Position numbers and translations under genes: made by a program. A stretch of 64,000 bases of DNA from positions 312,542,001 through 312,606,000 of the forward strand of contig CM097882.1 in NCBI GenBank assembly GCA_044892505.1, written 5' to 3'. The first letter of the stretch is position 1. Every line of letters begins with the position of its first letter. The notes under the pieces are model-generated. The model was not told where the DNA came from, ran no database searches, and was given only the letters and a program-made list of their open reading frames with translations. Of this stretch, positions 60,834-64,000 are shown piece by piece. Source of the stretch: Schmidtea nova. Taxonomy: Eukaryota.

Positions 60834-61188
60834 ATAATTATATATATATATAAATATTTGCTTTTTAAACTCTGTAAATAAAAATTAAAGTAAATATTTT
60901 GTAAAGTAATTTTTGTATTAAATATCCAATCTTTTTAATCTGATAAATTGTCTTTGAGAGTTATTAAATTGGGAGACCAAGTATTCTGCAACGTATGTCA
61001 CTTATTCTAGACTTATCAACTTCAAAAGAATACAGTCGCAAAGCTGGATGACGAAATCCAAAGAACCAGAAACTTCCATTCAGATTGAACAATTATATTT
61101 TGACTGTGATTGTTTAGGGACTAATCCATGTTGATTAGATAATCTGTAAAAAAAATATGTCAAACTTGTTATATTTAATAAATGTTTA

Positions 61189-61243
61189 TTATCACGTCTG
61201 CCTAACACGCAGAAGGTCCCCGGTTCGATCCCGGGTCGAACCA
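61189..61243 (+). pseudogene. 5'-truncated tRNA-Val(AAC), nt 19-73
   Basis: Abuts E7 3' end. Confidence 0.93.
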
Positions 61244-61423
61244 AATTTTTCTCAATTCATTATTTGACTTTTATTATATTTGCAACTCTTTTTTTAATTC
61301 ATAACGCAATTTTGTTGTTGAATTCTCTACTTTGTACATAAATTTTATTCAAGTGAATTCAGTACATTTTGTCAAGGTAATTCGAAAATCAAACATGCAC
61401 AACAATTGTTAGTTGAAACTGTC

Positions 61424-61496
61424 GGTTCGATGGTGTAGCGGTTATCACGTCTGCCTAACACGCAGAAGGTCCCCGGTTCGATCCCGGGTCGAACCA
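61424..61496 (+). tRNA. trnV(AAC): tRNA-Val(AAC)
   Basis: Identical to 566-638. Confidence 0.97.
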
Positions 61497-61676
61497 AATT
61501 TTTCTCAATTCATTATTTGACTTTTATTATATTTGCAACTCTTTTTTTAATTCATAACGCAATTTTGTTGTTGAATTCTCTACTTTGTACATAAATTTTA
61601 TTCAAGTGAATTCAGTACATTTTGTCAAGGTAATTCGAAAATCAAACATGCACAACAATTGTTAGTTGAAACTGTC

Positions 61677-61749
61677 GGTTCGATGGTGTAGCGGTTATCA
61701 CGTCTGCCTAACACGCAGAAGGTCCCCGGTTCGATCCCGGGTCGAACCA
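61677..61749 (+). tRNA. trnV(AAC): tRNA-Val(AAC)
   Basis: Identical to 566-638. Confidence 0.97.
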
Positions 61750-61929
61750 AATTTTTCTCAATTCATTATTTGACTTTTATTATATTTGCAACTCTTTTTT
61801 TAATTCATAACGCAATTTTGTTGTTGAATTCTCTACTTTGTACATAAATTTTATTCAAGTGAATTCAGTACATTTTGTCAAGGTAATTCGAAAATCAAAC
61901 ATGCACAACAATTGTTAGTTGAAACTGTC

Positions 61930-62002
61930 GGTTCGATGGTGTAGCGGTTATCACGTCTGCCTAACACGCAGAAGGTCCCCGGTTCGATCCCGGGTCGAAC
62001 CA
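61930..62002 (+). tRNA. trnV(AAC): tRNA-Val(AAC)
   Basis: Identical to 566-638. Confidence 0.97.
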
Positions 62003-62182
62003 AATTTTTCTCAATTCATTATTTGACTTTTATTATATTTGCAACTCTTTTTTTAATTCATAACGCAATTTTGTTGTTGAATTCTCTACTTTGTACATAA
62101 ATTTTATTCAAGTGAATTCAGTACATTTTGTCAAGGTAATTCGAAAATCAAACATGCACAACAATTGTTAGTTGAAACTGTC

Positions 62183-62255
62183 GGTTCGATGGTGTAGCGG
62201 TTATCACGTCTGCCTAACACGCAGAAGGTCCCCGGTTCGATCCCGGGTCGAACCA
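62183..62255 (+). tRNA. trnV(AAC): tRNA-Val(AAC)
   Basis: Identical to 566-638. Confidence 0.97.
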
Positions 62256-62435
62256 AATTTTTCTCAATTCATTATTTGACTTTTATTATATTTGCAACTC
62301 TTTTTTTAATTCATAACGCAATTTTGTTGTTGAATTCTCTACTTTGTACATAAATTTTATTCAAGTGAATTCAGTACATTTTGTCAAGGTAATTCGAAAA
62401 TCAAACATGCACAACAATTGTTAGTTGAAACTGTC

Positions 62436-62508
62436 GGTTCGATGGTGTAGCGGTTATCACGTCTGCCTAACACGCAGAAGGTCCCCGGTTCGATCCCGGG
62501 TCGAACCA
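62436..62508 (+). tRNA. trnV(AAC): tRNA-Val(AAC)
   Basis: Identical to 566-638. Confidence 0.97.
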
Positions 62509-62625
62509 AATTTTTCTCAATTCATTATTTGACTTTTATTATATTTGCAACTCTTTTTTTTATTCATAACGCAATTTTGTTGTTGAATTCTCTACTTTGT
62601 ACATAAATTTTATTCAAGTGAATTC

Positions 62626-64000
62626 TTTCAAGGTTCGATGACTCAATCACCTGCTGCTCAGTCAACTGCTGCTGATGTAATGACTCAGTCTATTGCAAAT
62701 CAGTCAACTGTGACGAAGCAATATGAATTAGAAAACATTCTCAAATATCAAATTTCCAGTTTGCAATATTTTCAATCGATTTTGGATTATTTTTCTCAAC
62801 TAAATGGTGGAAATCTCGCTACTGCCTCAGTTCTATCTGATGCGAATGCAAGTCAACGGAGTTCTTTCGATCAAGGATCTAAAATTTCTCCAAACCAATC
62901 TGATAATATGCCACTTTCTTATGCTGATATTGAGACTAAATTCACTAAATCAAAGGATTTACTTATTGTCAAGCGCCTGGATTCATTGGAGTCTCAATTT
63001 ATGAATATGGCTGAAAAGTTAGATTATTTGGTTTCTTTGTTTAATGGCTCTGTTGATGATTTATCAGATTTTCCTAAAGTAAATGAAAATAATTTAAATA
63101 ATAATCCTTTCAATAAAAATAAAGTTTTTGATATCAAAGATAAATTAATTGTAAATAATGTAGTTTTAGATAAATCAAATATTTCAGAATTTATTGAAAA
63201 TAATATTGCTAAAATTCCTAATAGTTTAATTGATGTAAATAATAAAATGTGTAATTCAAATAATAAATTTCTAAATAACCCTAATAAAGAGAATGTTAAA
63301 CATTTTAATAATCCCAAAGATACATCTTCAATTGATTTGACTAACGATAAAATTATGCCAAATGAAAACATAGAAATAATTATTAAAAATAATAAAAAAT
63401 CTGTTAAAATTATAGAACTTTATAAAACAACTAAACAGAAGTATGATAAATTTGAATTTAAAAGTCTGGTTCGTATTTTAACGAAAAGGGAACGCCAGAA
63501 AATCTTGAATGCCTTCCCTGCTTTAATACAACTAATTAAAAAGAAAGAATCACAGAGTAAATATTTTGAAATTAATAAATTTCTTTCGAGCAAAGATTTT
63601 AATGTGAATCACTTGAATTTAATTAATTTTGATTATTTTTTCTATAGAAATTGTAATCTTTGTGTATCTTTAAAATTGAACAACGCTCCTGTCATTTCAT
63701 CAGCACCAAAACCTGTTGTTTTAAAAACTATTAAATTAATTGACCATAATATCGTCAAAATAAATTCTGAAATCCCTGACTTTGTTCGAGCTCCAATGTC
63801 AATTCGAAGATTTTTATTCAATCTTTCGCACGATCTTTCAAACACTGTTTCCATCAAGGATGAGAAACACAGGGGAAATAAAATAAATAACATTCTTACT
63901 TCAATGAAACATAAACAACAATTACCAGATTATTTAATAAAATCAAACATTAAATACGAAAATGGTGAGTTCTTATTATTAGATTTGACTAACGATAAAA
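62626..64000 (+). mobile_element. E8: 5' part of the RLE retrotransposon (cut by window end)
   Basis: Same 5' junction GAATTC|TTTCAAGGTTCGATG; E3-like haplotype. Confidence 0.93.
62638..64000 (+). CDS. E8 ORF1, partial (runs off the window)
   Basis: ATG at 62638; TTTGTTT allele keeps the frame open. Confidence 0.85.
   Translation, partial: MTQSPAAQSTAADVMTQSIANQSTVTKQYELENILKYQISSLQYFQSILDYFSQLNGGNLATASVLSDANASQRSSFDQGSKISPNQSDNMPLSYADIETKFTKSKDLLIVKRLDSLESQFMNMAEKLDYLVSLFNGSVDDLSDFPKVNENNLNNNPFNKNKVFDIKDKLIVNNVVLDKSNISEFIENNIAKIPNSLIDVNNKMCNSNNKFLNNPNKENVKHFNNPKDTSSIDLTNDKIMPNENIEIIIKNNKKSVKIIELYKTTKQKYDKFEFKSLVRILTKRERQKILNAFPALIQLIKKKESQSKYFEINKFLSSKDFNVNHLNLINFDYFFYRNCNLCVSLKLNNAPVISSAPKPVVLKTIKLIDHNIVKINSEIPDFVRAPMSIRRFLFNLSHDLSNTVSIKDEKHRGNKINNILTSMKHKQQLPDYLIKSNIKYENGEFLLLDLTNDK

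Larger units (their letters stand above)
53571..61188 (+). mobile_element. E7: full-length RLE retrotransposon, 7618 bp, both ORFs intact (T7 allele)
   Basis: Same junctions. Confidence 0.94.
61189..62625 (+). repeat. tRNA-Val array H (1 remnant + 5 intact)
   Basis: Period 253. Confidence 0.97.

Overview
Eukaryotic, AT-rich window made of two interleaved repeats, all on the + strand. (1) A tandem array of a 253-bp unit carrying one intronless tRNA-Val(AAC) gene (73 nt) plus a 180-bp spacer: 30 intact genes and 8 5'-truncated remnants. (2) Nine copies (7 complete, ~7.62 kb; 2 cut by the window edges) of one non-LTR retrotransposon with a restriction-like endonuclease (R2/NeSL-type RLE). Every copy sits at the same site: the 3' junction is in the tRNA D-loop at gene nt 18/19, and the 5' junction lies 117 bp past the preceding intact tRNA, so 81 bp of target are missing. 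Intact tRNAs between elements number 7,4,2,1,2,3,6,5. The element encodes ORF1 (877 aa: coiled coil, internal repeats, C-terminal C4 zinc finger) and ORF2 (Ulp1/C48-like protease, two apparently dead Ulp1-like repeats, RT with YADD, CCHC knuckle, RLE). ORF1 and ORF2 are in the same frame, separated by a single UGA. An ~18-bp stem-loop starts 5 nt after that UGA, and ORF2 has no AUG ahead of its protease domain, so programmed readthrough to a 2416-aa polyprotein is a candidate mechanism. Three copies share a T8 frameshift in ORF1, and the copies are recombinant mosaics. All calls are by eye, with no database searches. Host species cannot be determined, and the copy structure of such a homogeneous array could be affected by assembly error. 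Elements are labelled E0 (1-330) to E8 (62626-64000).
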